The notes beneath the pieces were generated by a model that saw nothing but the letters and a program-made list of their open reading frames with translations, did not search any database and was not told the origin of the DNA. From the NCBI GenBank assembly GCA_034669905.1, contig JAXMOL010000052.1, positions 1 through 53,078 on the forward strand: a DNA stretch of 53,078 nucleotides, given 5' to 3'. Within the stretch, counting starts at the first letter, position 1. Each line of letters starts with the position of its first letter. Origin of the DNA: Candidatus Hydrogenedentota bacterium. GTDB taxonomy: Bacteria; Hydrogenedentota; Hydrogenedentia; Hydrogenedentales; JAEUWI01. Shown here in pieces: positions 9,960 through 19,322 of the stretch. The translations under genes and the position numbers were made by a program.

Positions 9960-10214
9960 TTATCGCTCTTCCATCTGAAGGGCGTTTACGGAGAGCTCGT
10001 ACTTGTGCGCGGCCTCCCGAATCAGTTCGGCGTTTCGCTGGGCGTTGCCATAGGCTTCGGCGAGGGTATTCTCTAAGGCCTCATCCGGGGCGTCTTCCAG
10101 GGCCATCTGAATCACACCCATTTTTTGATTGAGTGCCGCCTGGCTGTTATACACGTCTTCGAGCTTGGTCAGGATCTGTTTCATATCGCTGGAGGTAACC
10201 GTCTTGTTGGACAT
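9960..10214 (-). CDS. Hypothetical 84-aa helical protein
   Basis: AAGGAG RBS upstream, terminator downstream, coiled-coil-like composition. Confidence 0.7.
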   Translation of the reverse strand: MSNKTVTSSDMKQILTKLEDVYNSQAALNQKMGVIQMALEDAPDEALENTLAEAYGNAQRNAELIREAAHKYELSVNALQMEER

Positions 10215-10498
10215 GATGTACTCCTTTTCTTCGCGTTCTCAGGCACCCGCGTCTCTGGTGGGTGTGTATCTCACACCAACCCGCGCCTGTCATTGCGGCT
10301 AAGGGGTAGGATGCAAGAAGGGTGCCATTGCAATGGTCCCGTGTTTGGGTCTGTGTTGTGTGAAATCTATACACTTCAAGCCCCCCTGGACCTGGAGTCG
10401 TAAAGATTTCATCCAGAATCCTCCTGCCACAGATCGGCACAAACCTTGCATCAAGTGGGTAGCGGCGCGCGGGCGCCACAACCCAGGAGGATACGACC

Positions 10499-10864
10499 AT
10501 GCATGTCACAGAGACGACCAGCTTGTTCACCGATGCCCTGATTACGATGAATGCCGCCATGGAAGCGAACGAGGACAGACTGCCTTATTCGCTGTTTATG
10601 AAGGCCAGCCGGAAGCTCGATTTTCAGCTGACGGTCGGGGTGGCCGTCTACAAAGACAACCCTGAGACCCCCCACGACTATTACACGGTGTGTTACCACG
10701 AAAACCGCATCGAGCTCGTGGCCCATGGTAAAGAGAAGGGTATAGATATCGCCTGGAACGTTTCGGAGGATTATCTCCAGAAACTTCACGATGACCCGGA
10801 ACGCTACATCAAGAATCCGGCCCTGCTCGATTGGGACTGGCTCAAGAGTCGTCTCGGTGTTTAG
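10499..10864 (+). CDS. Hypothetical 121-aa protein
   Basis: AGGAGG RBS, globular composition, terminator downstream. Confidence 0.75.
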   Translation: MHVTETTSLFTDALITMNAAMEANEDRLPYSLFMKASRKLDFQLTVGVAVYKDNPETPHDYYTVCYHENRIELVAHGKEKGIDIAWNVSEDYLQKLHDDPERYIKNPALLDWDWLKSRLGV

Positions 10865-10908
10865 CCGCGCGGCTATCAAGACCGGGCACGACGCGACAGA
10901 CACGGTGT

Positions 10909-10957
10909 TGCAAAAATCCCCTCCCCCGGCGTTAACGTCGGGGGAGGGGATTTTGCA
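10909..10957. terminator. Bidirectional intrinsic terminator
   Basis: tgcaaaaatcccctcccccg..cgggggaggggattttgca long hairpin between convergent genes. Confidence 0.8.
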
Positions 10958-10997
10958 TTGTCAGCGTGTGCCACCTTAAGCGGCGGGTATCGCTCGA

Positions 10998-12047
10998 CTA
11001 GTAGTCGAAGTTCTCAATATTGTCTTTGGTAAATACCAGGGGATCACCCAGGATAATCTCCGAACCTTCGATACGCGACGTGGTGATACGGCCCGTATTG
11101 AATTCCGTGGCGCCTTCGGTCAGTTCGCCCTTTACGGCGGCGACGGCGGCGTGGACCGTGAGGTAGCCGAGGTCGGGCACATTCCACAGCACGAATTTCT
11201 TCACCGTGCCGTCCAGGACATATTCCTTCATGTCATTGGGGGTGGCCAGGCCAGTGAGGTAGACCTTGTCCGCCGCGTTCGCCTTGCGCAGCGCTTCGGC
11301 GGCACCGGGCAGGGCGACGGAGGTCAGCCCGAAGATCCCCTGGAGGTCCGGGTAGGCCTTCAGGCTGTCTGCGGTAAGCTGGGTGGCCATGGCCTGGTCT
11401 TCACCGGGGGCTTTGGGCGTTTCGGAAAGGTTGGTCATCCCGGGATACTTCGTTTGACGGTAGGCCTCCATCAACTCCATCCAGGTGTTCTGGTTGGCGG
11501 CCGTCAGGGTACCCGTGATGTTAATGAACTTCGCATCGGCACCGGCCCCTTCGGCCATGATGTCCATCATGGTGTGGGCAATACCCTCCGACGTGGTCTG
11601 ATTGACGAAGAAGTCGCGGGAGTCGGTGTGGGAGTCGGTGTCCCAGGTGATAACCTTGATGCCCCGTTTTCGGGCCTTGTTGAGCACATCGCTGATGGCG
11701 TCGGGGTCATTGGGGGCCACACAGATGGCGTCATACTGGCGCGTGATCCACGTGTCAATGAGCTGCACCTGCTTGGTGACATCCGCGTCGACGGGCCCGT
11801 CATAGTCGACTTCCACACCCAGAGATTCGGCGGCTTCCTTCACACCCATCTCCGCGGCATTGAAGTAGCCGATTCCGATAAGTTTCGGCATGACCCCGAT
11901 CTTCAGGGTCTTCGACTCCGGAGCCGATGTGTTTTCGGCCGAATTGTCTGTCGCGGCACCGGAATCTTCGCTTCCGCCACCACAGCCAACCAGTACGAGG
12001 GCCATCGCCAGACTGGCGACTCCCCATGAAAAAAAACGTCGTGTCAT
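10998..12047 (-). CDS. Sugar ABC transporter substrate-binding lipoprotein (RhaS/LsrB-like)
   Basis: Lipobox LVGC; MPKLIGIGYF, VITWDTD, LTAANQNTW, FVLWNVPDLGYL. Confidence 0.88.
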   Translation of the reverse strand: MTRRFFSWGVASLAMALVLVGCGGGSEDSGAATDNSAENTSAPESKTLKIGVMPKLIGIGYFNAAEMGVKEAAESLGVEVDYDGPVDADVTKQVQLIDTWITRQYDAICVAPNDPDAISDVLNKARKRGIKVITWDTDSHTDSRDFFVNQTTSEGIAHTMMDIMAEGAGADAKFINITGTLTAANQNTWMELMEAYRQTKYPGMTNLSETPKAPGEDQAMATQLTADSLKAYPDLQGIFGLTSVALPGAAEALRKANAADKVYLTGLATPNDMKEYVLDGTVKKFVLWNVPDLGYLTVHAAVAAVKGELTEGATEFNTGRITTSRIEGSEIILGDPLVFTKDNIENFDY

Positions 12048-13021
12048 TTGCTCTCTCCTGCGCGTCGGGCCATCCACTCGTTGAATACAGCGGTGACAAT
12101 AAGCAGCACCCCAACGATGATAACCACGTATTGTGAACGGACCCCACTCAGGTCCAAACCATATTTAAGGATACCGATGATCAACAGGCCAAGCAAGGTG
12201 CCCACCACCGACGCCTGCCCACCACTGATACGCGTACCACCAATGACTACGGCCGCGATGGCTTCCAGCTCCAGCCCCATGGCCGCGTCGGCCCGGGCGG
12301 TGCCATAGACGGCGGTGTAAAACAACGACGCAACGCCGCAGACACAGCCACAGGCGGTGTAGATGCCCAGGGTGAGTCCCCGCACGGGAATGGCCCCATA
12401 GCGCGCGGCCACCGGGTTTTCACCGAGGGCCAGGGTGTAACGTCCCATCCAGGTGTTGCGGAGGATTATGCCACCTATGATCATGGTAAGGAGCAGGGCA
12501 CCCAGGGCGATGGGAACGAATACCGGACTTCCGTTCAAGGTGAAGGAAAAAAGGTCGCCATTGCCGAGCAGCTTAAAGCCCGGTGGAAAATTACTGATGG
12601 CGTCGGCCTTGCTCAGGCCAAAGGCCACGCCCCGGAAGAGGGTCATGGTGGCCAGGGTTACCACGAGGGGCGGAATGCGAAACCAGCTGCTGACGCCACC
12701 ATTCACCGCACCGGCCGCTGTGCCCGAAAGAATAGCCGCCGCACAGGCCGCCGCGATGGGCCACTGATAGTCGCGGTAGAGGACCCCGAGGATGATGCCA
12801 CACATGGCGACGATAGAGCCTACGGACAGGTCGATTCCCGCGGTCGCGATGATGAAAGTCATGGGCACCGCGAGCATGCCGGGGGCCACCCAGTAGCGGC
12901 TGTAACTCAGCAGCGAATCCAGATTAAGGAAGTACTCCGTCGTCATCGAAAAACCCGCGAAGAGCAGGCACAGCACGCTGAAGAGGATAAATTCACGGTT
13001 ATTGAGGAGACGTTGTATCAT
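12044..13021 (-). CDS. Sugar ABC transporter permease (RbsC family)
   Basis: GIDLSVGS, LELEAIAAVVIGGT motifs; ATG at 13021 overlaps the upstream stop. Confidence 0.9.
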   Translation of the reverse strand: MIQRLLNNREFILFSVLCLLFAGFSMTTEYFLNLDSLLSYSRYWVAPGMLAVPMTFIIATAGIDLSVGSIVAMCGIILGVLYRDYQWPIAAACAAAILSGTAAGAVNGGVSSWFRIPPLVVTLATMTLFRGVAFGLSKADAISNFPPGFKLLGNGDLFSFTLNGSPVFVPIALGALLLTMIIGGIILRNTWMGRYTLALGENPVAARYGAIPVRGLTLGIYTACGCVCGVASLFYTAVYGTARADAAMGLELEAIAAVVIGGTRISGGQASVVGTLLGLLIIGILKYGLDLSGVRSQYVVIIVGVLLIVTAVFNEWMARRAGESK

Positions 13022-15501
13022 GCGCCAGCCCCCCGCAGTCGTTGTACCAGGGCATCGACAATGACGGCCGCCAGAATGAGCCCTCCGACAAAAATGTTTT
13101 GCCAATAGGAGCTGGCCTCCAGCAAGACCAGGCTGTTGTAGAGCAGCGCAACCAGCAACGCGCCCAGCAGGGTGCCCAGCGCAGAGCCCCGACCGCCGAG
13201 AATGTTCGTGCCGCCGATAACGCACGCCGCAATGGCCTGCAGTTCGATACCGACCCCGGTGTTGGCCTGGACTTTGCCATAGTAGGCTGCGTTTAACACG
13301 GCGCAGAGGCCCACCAGGGCCCCCGAGCAGCCAAAGACAAAGAGGGTCAATTTCGTTTTGGACAAACCGATCAGGCGCGCGGCACTTTCCGAATTGCCCA
13401 GGGCCAGTACCTGGCGTCCCAAAAGGGTATAGCGCACGAGCACGTGGGTGAGGGCCGTGACGACGACCACGTAATAGCAAACCTTCGGAATACCCAGCCA
13501 GGCGCCGTCTGCCAGGGCCCGGTAACCATCGGGTAGGAACATGATTTCTTTGCCGTCCATGACGATACGCATTACCCCGCGGTAGATGCTCAGGCCCGCC
13601 AGGGTAACGATAATCGGGTGGATACGGGCTACCAGCGAAAGGCCGCCATTGGCCAGACTGAAACTGATGCCCATGGCCATAGCCAGGGCGAGGCAGACCG
13701 GGGCCGGCATGCCGGCCTTTACCGCCAGCGCGGCAAAGGCCCCTACGAGCCCCATCATGGAGCCCACCGAAATGTCGATGCCCCCCGCGCAAATAATGAG
13801 CATAGCCCCCTGGGCCATAATCGCCGGGATGGCGGCGTTCTTCAGAATGTCGAGGAAGTTGCCTGTATTGGCGAAGGTATCCGGCGCGGTGATGGACATG
13901 TAGCCCCCGAGGAGGGCGATAAACACGATGAGGCCCAGTTCGCGCATCTGCAGGGCCCGGGCAATTCCCCGCTTCAGGGGACTGATCGCCGCGGCCGCTT
14001 TTTCCGTACTCCGGGGAACGGCCGCCGCCGCAATGGTGGCTTCGTCATCGGATTGGGGGTCAAACTCGCCCGTCACCTGGCCTTCTGACAGCGTAACCAC
14101 CCGGTCGCTCATGGCCATGACTTCGGGCAGCTCGGAGCTGATGAGGATAATGGCTGTGCCGGTTTCGGCCAGATCGCAAATCAATTTGTGGATTTCCGCC
14201 TTGGCACCCACATCGACGCCGCGGGTCGGCTCGTCGAGGATGAGCACCTTCGGCTCCGTGGCAGCCCAACGACCGAAGATGACCTTCTGCTGGTTGCCGC
14301 CGCTCAGGGTGCCGATAGGCTGCTCCATGGAAGCGGCCTTCACGTTCATTTCCGTGATGATCTTGTCCGCCAGGGCGTGCTCTTTGCGACTTCCGATGAC
14401 CGTGGCCGTGCTCAGCTTGGGCAGCAGGGTGACACTCGCATTGCTGCGGAGGGCATGCTCGCGAAAGACGGCCTGTACCAGCCGGTCCTCGGGGAGATAG
14501 GCCAATCCCTGCGCCACGGCCTTGCGGGGGGACTGCATCTTCAGCGGTACGCCGTCGATCGTTACCCGGCCTTTTGCAGGCTTCTGAATGCCGAAGAGGG
14601 CCTGGGCGAATTCACTGCGCCCCGCCCCCACAAAGCCATAGAGGCCCACGATTTCGCCCGCGCGAACCTGAAAAGAGATGTCCGAAAAACTGCCATCCTT
14701 CGCCGTGATGCCGTCGATATCCACCCGCACGTCGCCGATAGGCACGGTGCGCTTGGCGTTGGTCGTGGCCATTTCGCGCCCGACCATGGTGGAGACGATG
14801 GTGTCCATCGTGAGGTCGGCTTTTTTTCGCGTCTCAATGGTGGCCCCATCGCGCATCATGGTGACCCGGTCACAGAGGGTAAGAATTTCATCGAGCCGGT
14901 GGCTGACGTACACAATGCCCACGCCCGCCGCCTTCAATCGCTCAATCTGGGAAAAGAGATTCTCGATTTCCTTCACCGTCAGCGAGGCCGTGGGTTCATC
15001 AAGAAACAGGACCTTGGGCGCTGTCGACACCGCGGCCGCGATCTCGGCCATGGTGCGTCGGGCAACCGTGAGGCTGCCGGCGTCCTGGGTGACATTGAAT
15101 TGTTCCCCCAGATCGGCCACGAGCCCTTCCGCGGTGGCATTCGTTTTGCGCCAATTGATGAGACCACCGGGACCCCGCTCGAGGCCGCGCCCCAGGAGCA
15201 TGTTTTCGGCGATGCTTAACTGGGCAAAGAGGTCGGCTTCCTGGTGCACCACCATGACCCCCGCATCGGCGGCCTGTCGTGTGTTGGCAAAGGAAACGGT
15301 TTCCCCTTCCAGCAGCATAACGCCACTGTCGGGCGGAAAAAGGCCCGTGGCAATGTTAATAAGCGTGCTTTTTCCGGCACCGTTTTCGCCCACGAGGCCC
15401 AGGACCTCGCCCGCACGGACATGGAGTCGTGCCTCGCGTAAGGCCACGACGCCGCCAAAGCATTTGTCGATAGAAGTAAGCTGTAAGAGGGTTTGAGACA
15501 T
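13018..15501 (-). CDS. Fused sugar ABC ATP-binding protein (RbsA-type, two NBDs) plus permease
   Basis: GENGAGKST, LDEPT, LSGGNQQK, LDEPTRGVDVGAK, then GGIDISVGS and IELQAIAACVIGGT in one 827-aa ORF. Confidence 0.9.
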   Translation of the reverse strand: MSQTLLQLTSIDKCFGGVVALREARLHVRAGEVLGLVGENGAGKSTLINIATGLFPPDSGVMLLEGETVSFANTRQAADAGVMVVHQEADLFAQLSIAENMLLGRGLERGPGGLINWRKTNATAEGLVADLGEQFNVTQDAGSLTVARRTMAEIAAAVSTAPKVLFLDEPTASLTVKEIENLFSQIERLKAAGVGIVYVSHRLDEILTLCDRVTMMRDGATIETRKKADLTMDTIVSTMVGREMATTNAKRTVPIGDVRVDIDGITAKDGSFSDISFQVRAGEIVGLYGFVGAGRSEFAQALFGIQKPAKGRVTIDGVPLKMQSPRKAVAQGLAYLPEDRLVQAVFREHALRSNASVTLLPKLSTATVIGSRKEHALADKIITEMNVKAASMEQPIGTLSGGNQQKVIFGRWAATEPKVLILDEPTRGVDVGAKAEIHKLICDLAETGTAIILISSELPEVMAMSDRVVTLSEGQVTGEFDPQSDDEATIAAAAVPRSTEKAAAAISPLKRGIARALQMRELGLIVFIALLGGYMSITAPDTFANTGNFLDILKNAAIPAIMAQGAMLIICAGGIDISVGSMMGLVGAFAALAVKAGMPAPVCLALAMAMGISFSLANGGLSLVARIHPIIVTLAGLSIYRGVMRIVMDGKEIMFLPDGYRALADGAWLGIPKVCYYVVVVTALTHVLVRYTLLGRQVLALGNSESAARLIGLSKTKLTLFVFGCSGALVGLCAVLNAAYYGKVQANTGVGIELQAIAACVIGGTNILGGRGSALGTLLGALLVALLYNSLVLLEASSYWQNIFVGGLILAAVIVDALVQRLRGAGA

Positions 15502-15509
15502 AGAGGAGA

Positions 15510-15538
15510 ATCATACTCTCCAACGAGAAAGGGGTCAA
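15510..15538 (-). promoter_or_regulatory. Sigma70-type promoter TTGACC-N17-TATGAT
   Basis: Minus-strand -35 at 15538-15533 and -10 at 15515-15510, 8 nt before the ATG at 15501. Confidence 0.6.
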
Positions 15539-15540
15539 GC

Positions 15541-15736
15541 AATTGACGGGTGACAGTGGGCAGTGGACAGTGGGCAGTGGGCAGTGGACAGTGGACAGTG
15601 GACAGTGGACAGTGGACAGTGGACAGTGGACAGTGGACGGGTGACAGTGGAAAGTTGACAATGAACGGTGAACAGAGAGGGGCCTACGACGAATCAGCCT
15701 TCACCAATCACCTATCAACTATCAACTATCAACTGT
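15541..15736. repeat. Inverted heptamer arrays: 19 AGTGGAC-like units (15541-15673) facing 5 ATCAACT-like units (15700-15734)
   Basis: Directly visible tandem 7-mers; the second array is the reverse complement of AGTTGAT/AGGTGAT units. Confidence 0.92.
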
Positions 15737-15742
15737 AGCCGT

Positions 15743-17041
15743 CTATCGTTTCCTGAGTCGAAGACTTACGGCTGCCATTCCCAGTGCGGCGAGTGCGGAA
15801 AGGGTGAAAGGGACGGAAAAAGACAGGTGATCCGCCAGCCAACCCGCGAGGAGGGGGCTGAGCATAAGGGGGGCACTGAGAGAATGCATGAACGCGAAGT
15901 AGGTCGGTCGTAGTTTTGCGGGAGGAAGGACGAGCATATACAGCGCACCCGCGATATCAATTCCCTGCCGCGCTGCCGTAAGACAGGCAAAGACAGCCAA
16001 CACGACCCAATGAAAGTGGGGCGCAAGGATTTGCGACACGGGGTGTTCCGCTGGGAATAAGGCCAATGCCGCGATAAAGATACACGGAATCACCGCCAGT
16101 AGGGCGGCCAGGGTAAAGAGCGGGATTTCGCCGAGCTTCTGGGCGATGCGTCCCCAGACAATACTGACCAACCCGCCGGTAATGGCAATGCCCGCGGCGA
16201 AAAGGCCTGTGGCCTGCAAGGGCGTGTCGAATCGCGCCATGGCGAAGGGTACGAGAAGGGTCTGGCTCATGTAGGCGATGGCCAGACAAAGACGGAAGTA
16301 AAAATAGTTACGGAAGTCGCGGTCCTTCCGGAATACGTCGAGCCCACCGCGAAGGAATTGGACGAAGGACTTCCGCTCGGTCTCCACCGCTTCGATGGGC
16401 TCGTGGGACGCCATGAAACAGGCGTAGGCCACAAAGTTGATGAGGCCTCCGGCCGTAAAGAGCACGACGTAATTGTAGGGAAAAATAAGGCCGCTGCGAT
16501 CGCTGAGTACCCACAGGGTAATCAGCCCGGCGAGTCCCCCGAGGATACCCCCCAGTGTGCGACGCCAGGTCATGAGCATGGGCCGTCGTTCCACAGGGAT
16601 GGACTTCGCCACGATATCCATGAAAGGAATGACGCAAATACCCCCACCCGTGGCAAAGACAATGGTGCCCAACAGGAGGACCGTATAGAGCACATAGGGC
16701 CTATCGGCCAGGAGCCACAGGGAGAGGGTCATGGCGGCCAGGGCGCAGCAGCGCAGGATGACCGAGGCCCGATAGACCGGCATTTTTCGCGGACGGTGCT
16801 CAATGCGGCTGCCCACGATGAGTTGGGGCCAGAGCCAGCAGGAGGTTGCCATGGCCGTCACCAGTCCCACCAGGAGATTGGAGCCCGTCAGGGTGAAGGT
16901 AAGGCCCGCCATGACGGTCTCAAAACTGAAGAAGGCCGAGCCCATGGAGACAATCGCCCCATTGCCCACACACAACCAGAAGTTGCGTGTCGCATAGCCT
17001 TCCGGGTTGGCCGGGTATTTTGGTGAGTCCGACGCCGTCAC
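15743..17041 (-). CDS. MFS transporter
   Basis: About 12 hydrophobic segments; LAGWLADH; IVAKSIP..RR loop. Confidence 0.8.
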   Translation of the reverse strand: MTASDSPKYPANPEGYATRNFWLCVGNGAIVSMGSAFFSFETVMAGLTFTLTGSNLLVGLVTAMATSCWLWPQLIVGSRIEHRPRKMPVYRASVILRCCALAAMTLSLWLLADRPYVLYTVLLLGTIVFATGGGICVIPFMDIVAKSIPVERRPMLMTWRRTLGGILGGLAGLITLWVLSDRSGLIFPYNYVVLFTAGGLINFVAYACFMASHEPIEAVETERKSFVQFLRGGLDVFRKDRDFRNYFYFRLCLAIAYMSQTLLVPFAMARFDTPLQATGLFAAGIAITGGLVSIVWGRIAQKLGEIPLFTLAALLAVIPCIFIAALALFPAEHPVSQILAPHFHWVVLAVFACLTAARQGIDIAGALYMLVLPPAKLRPTYFAFMHSLSAPLMLSPLLAGWLADHLSFSVPFTLSALAALGMAAVSLRLRKR

Positions 17042-17679
17042 AGCATCCCCACAATATGGTCCCGCACTTCGTAGAGGGAATCATAGACGGCGTGGGGCTG
17101 GAGGGCTTCCAGCTGCTCCCGCGTCTCATAGCCTGTTGTGACGGCCAACGTGGTCACGCCCGCGGCCAATCCCGCCAGCACGTCAAAGTGCATGTCACCC
17201 ACGAAGACCGTTTCTTCCGGCGTCACACCGAGTTTTTCCATCGCCTTCTGGACTGCCTCCGGGTCGGGCTTGTGTTTGGTGACTTCCATCGGGCCGATGC
17301 GCGCTTCCATATAACGCAGCGCACCCAGATGCTCCAACAGCATCTCCGCCGCTTCCCGTTTCTTCGACGTGGCAAAGCCCATCCGTAAGCCCCGCTCCGC
17401 AAAGGTCGCCAGCGCCTCCTCGGCACCAGGGAGGAGAAAGGTCTTCGGTGCGCTGTGCGCCGTGTAGTGTCCCCGGTAAATACGGATGCACTCATCCACA
17501 TCGTGGTCCGTCATCATAGGGAGTTGCTTCCGCAGCGGATAGCCGATGGTGTCGACGATTAGTTGGCGGTCCGGTCGGGGTTCACCAAGGGTGTCAAAGG
17601 TATAGAACCAGGAATCGACAATGGCATCCGTGGAGTCCATCAGGGTGCCATCGAGATCAAAAAGTACAGCGCGAATCAT
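17038..17679 (-). CDS. HAD-IA family hydrolase (Gph/PpaX-like)
   Basis: FDLDGTLMDS, ATSK, HKPDPE, FVGDMHFD. Confidence 0.9.
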   Translation of the reverse strand: MIRAVLFDLDGTLMDSTDAIVDSWFYTFDTLGEPRPDRQLIVDTIGYPLRKQLPMMTDHDVDECIRIYRGHYTAHSAPKTFLLPGAEEALATFAERGLRMGFATSKKREAAEMLLEHLGALRYMEARIGPMEVTKHKPDPEAVQKAMEKLGVTPEETVFVGDMHFDVLAGLAAGVTTLAVTTGYETREQLEALQPHAVYDSLYEVRDHIVGML

Positions 17680-17690
17680 GGGGGGCTTTC

Positions 17691-17718
17691 AGTTGACGGT
17701 TTGCAGTGGATAGTGGAC
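17691..17718 (+). repeat. Heptamer array flanking the four-helix-bundle gene
   Basis: agttgac ggtttgc agtggat agtggac. Confidence 0.75.
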
Positions 17719-17766
17719 AGCGAAGATGTGGGTGCCCATGAATAAGTGTAGGGACGGGTTGAACAC

Positions 17767-18129
17767 TTAAAGAGATTTTTTCGTCGTCTTAATGATCGAC
17801 GTCAGGAGTTTGAGGAGTTGTTTGATGTCGTCGGATAAGGACTCGAAGCCCGCATTGTCTATGAATCCCGATTGGTGAAGGAGTTCAATCCAATACTCAC
17901 TTTCGTTGGCCTCTTTCAAGGCAATGGCAAGTTTGTGAATGAAGTCTGCGCGGCTTTCGGCCTGTTCGGCCTCCCGAACCAAAGCTCCAATGGCCGTACC
18001 AGAACGAAGTAGTTGTTTGCTCAGTACGAATTCTTTCTGTTCAGCGGAAAGATATTGGTAGAGTTTGACGATCCTTAAGGCAAAGGGAAACGACTTTGCC
18101 CGCAGTGGCCCCTCTGGTCGCATGTGCAT
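17767..18129 (-). CDS. Four helix bundle protein (TIGR02436 / 23S rRNA-IVP, bAvd-like fold)
   Basis: KSFPFALRIVKLY, LSKQLLRSGTAIGALVREA..AESRADFIHKLAIALKEANESEYWIELL; AT-richer than neighbours. Confidence 0.93.
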   Translation of the reverse strand: MHMRPEGPLRAKSFPFALRIVKLYQYLSAEQKEFVLSKQLLRSGTAIGALVREAEQAESRADFIHKLAIALKEANESEYWIELLHQSGFIDNAGFESLSDDIKQLLKLLTSIIKTTKKSL

Positions 18130-18166
18130 ATGCCCCGTTGGCTGAAAGACTTTCCGGAAAACGTTC

Positions 18167-18208
18167 TACAACTATCCATTTTCAACTGTCTACTGTCAAC
18201 TGTCAATT
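18167..18208 (-). repeat. Inverted heptamer array flanking the four-helix-bundle gene
   Basis: Minus strand reads aattgac agttgac agtagac agttgaa aatggat agttgta, starting within the permease stop codon. Confidence 0.8.
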
Positions 18209-19322
18209 AGCCCAAGTTCTTTCGGAACCGTAGCGTTGCCAAGGTCAAGACAAATATGCCCATGCCCGCGAGGATGGCCCCGTTCACCCAGAGGTCGTCA
18301 AAGCCTGTATCGCGGAGAATAATGCCCCGCAGGATTTGAATAAAGTAGGTGGCGGGTACGGCCTGTCCGATGAGGTAGATGATGGGCGGCATGGAATCCT
18401 GGGGGAAGATAAAGCCCGACAACAACACCGAGGGCAGAATGATGAAGAAAGAAAACTGGAGGGCCTGGATCTGATTCTCCGCAAAGGTGGAGACCAGGAG
18501 CCCCAGTGCCAGGGCGGTGAAGAGAAAGATGAGCGTGAATCCCCCGAGAAGAAGCACGTTCCCGGCGACGGGCACCTGAAAGAGAAAACGCATAAGCAAC
18601 AACACGGAAACGGTTTCAAAGATGCCGACCAGGCCGAAGGGCAAGAGCTTGCCGAGGATGAGTCCAAGCCGGGAGACAGGGGTCACCATGAGCTGTTCCA
18701 GGGTGCCCGTTTCTTTTTCGCGAACGATGGCGAAGGCGGTGAGCAGCATGGTGATCATCTGGAGAATCACGCCCACGAGTCCGGGTACCATGAAGTTGGC
18801 CGTGCGCATGTCGGGATTGAAGAGCACCCGAGGCTGGGCGGAGATGGGTGGGTCCGTGCTGCCGAGTTGGTTGGTGGCCAAGAGCGTAATGGACTTCTGC
18901 AGCGCGATGGCATTGCTCACATTGAGGGCCTGCATGGCCACGGTCGAGTCACTGCCATCAATAAGCACCTGGATTTCCGTATGCTCCCCCGTCAGCAGGT
19001 GGTCGCTGTAGTCACGGGGGATTTTCAGGCCGATCTTGGCATCGCCCCGCACGATGGCCGAGATGACCTCGTCGTCACTTCGTACTTCCTGCACGATGTG
19101 AAAGTAGCCCGAATTCTCAAAACTGTCAATGAGCGCCCGGCTTTCGGCCCGTCCATCGAGGTTGTAGACATAGGTGGGGATGTTCTTCACGTCCATGTCG
19201 ATGGCATAGCCGAAAATGGTGAGCTGCACCGCCGGCAACAAGAGCATGAGGAAGAGGGTGCGGGGGTCGCGGAAGATGTGGCGCGACTCCTTGTACATGA
19301 TGGCGACCAGTCCCTTAAACAT
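18207..19322 (-). CDS. ABC-2 type transporter permease (YbhS/R-like)
   Basis: KESRHIFRD, AIVREKETGTLEQLMVTP, LLSGFIFP. Confidence 0.9.
   Translation of the reverse strand: MFKGLVAIMYKESRHIFRDPRTLFLMLLLPAVQLTIFGYAIDMDVKNIPTYVYNLDGRAESRALIDSFENSGYFHIVQEVRSDDEVISAIVRGDAKIGLKIPRDYSDHLLTGEHTEIQVLIDGSDSTVAMQALNVSNAIALQKSITLLATNQLGSTDPPISAQPRVLFNPDMRTANFMVPGLVGVILQMITMLLTAFAIVREKETGTLEQLMVTPVSRLGLILGKLLPFGLVGIFETVSVLLLMRFLFQVPVAGNVLLLGGFTLIFLFTALALGLLVSTFAENQIQALQFSFFIILPSVLLSGFIFPQDSMPPIIYLIGQAVPATYFIQILRGIILRDTGFDDLWVNGAILAGMGIFVLTLATLRFRKNLG

Noticed and set aside
12044..13792. 582-aa permease ORF
   Set aside because: The N-terminal part overlaps the upstream gene out of frame; the real start is the ATG at 13021.
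15356..15738. ORFs with STVHCPL / SGQWTVD peptide repeats
   Set aside because: These are translations of the heptamer array, with no RBS and overlapping real genes.
17767..18129. Diversity-generating retroelement (Avd-like gene) or rRNA intervening sequence
   Set aside because: No reverse transcriptase, template/variable repeat pair or rRNA gene is visible in the window.
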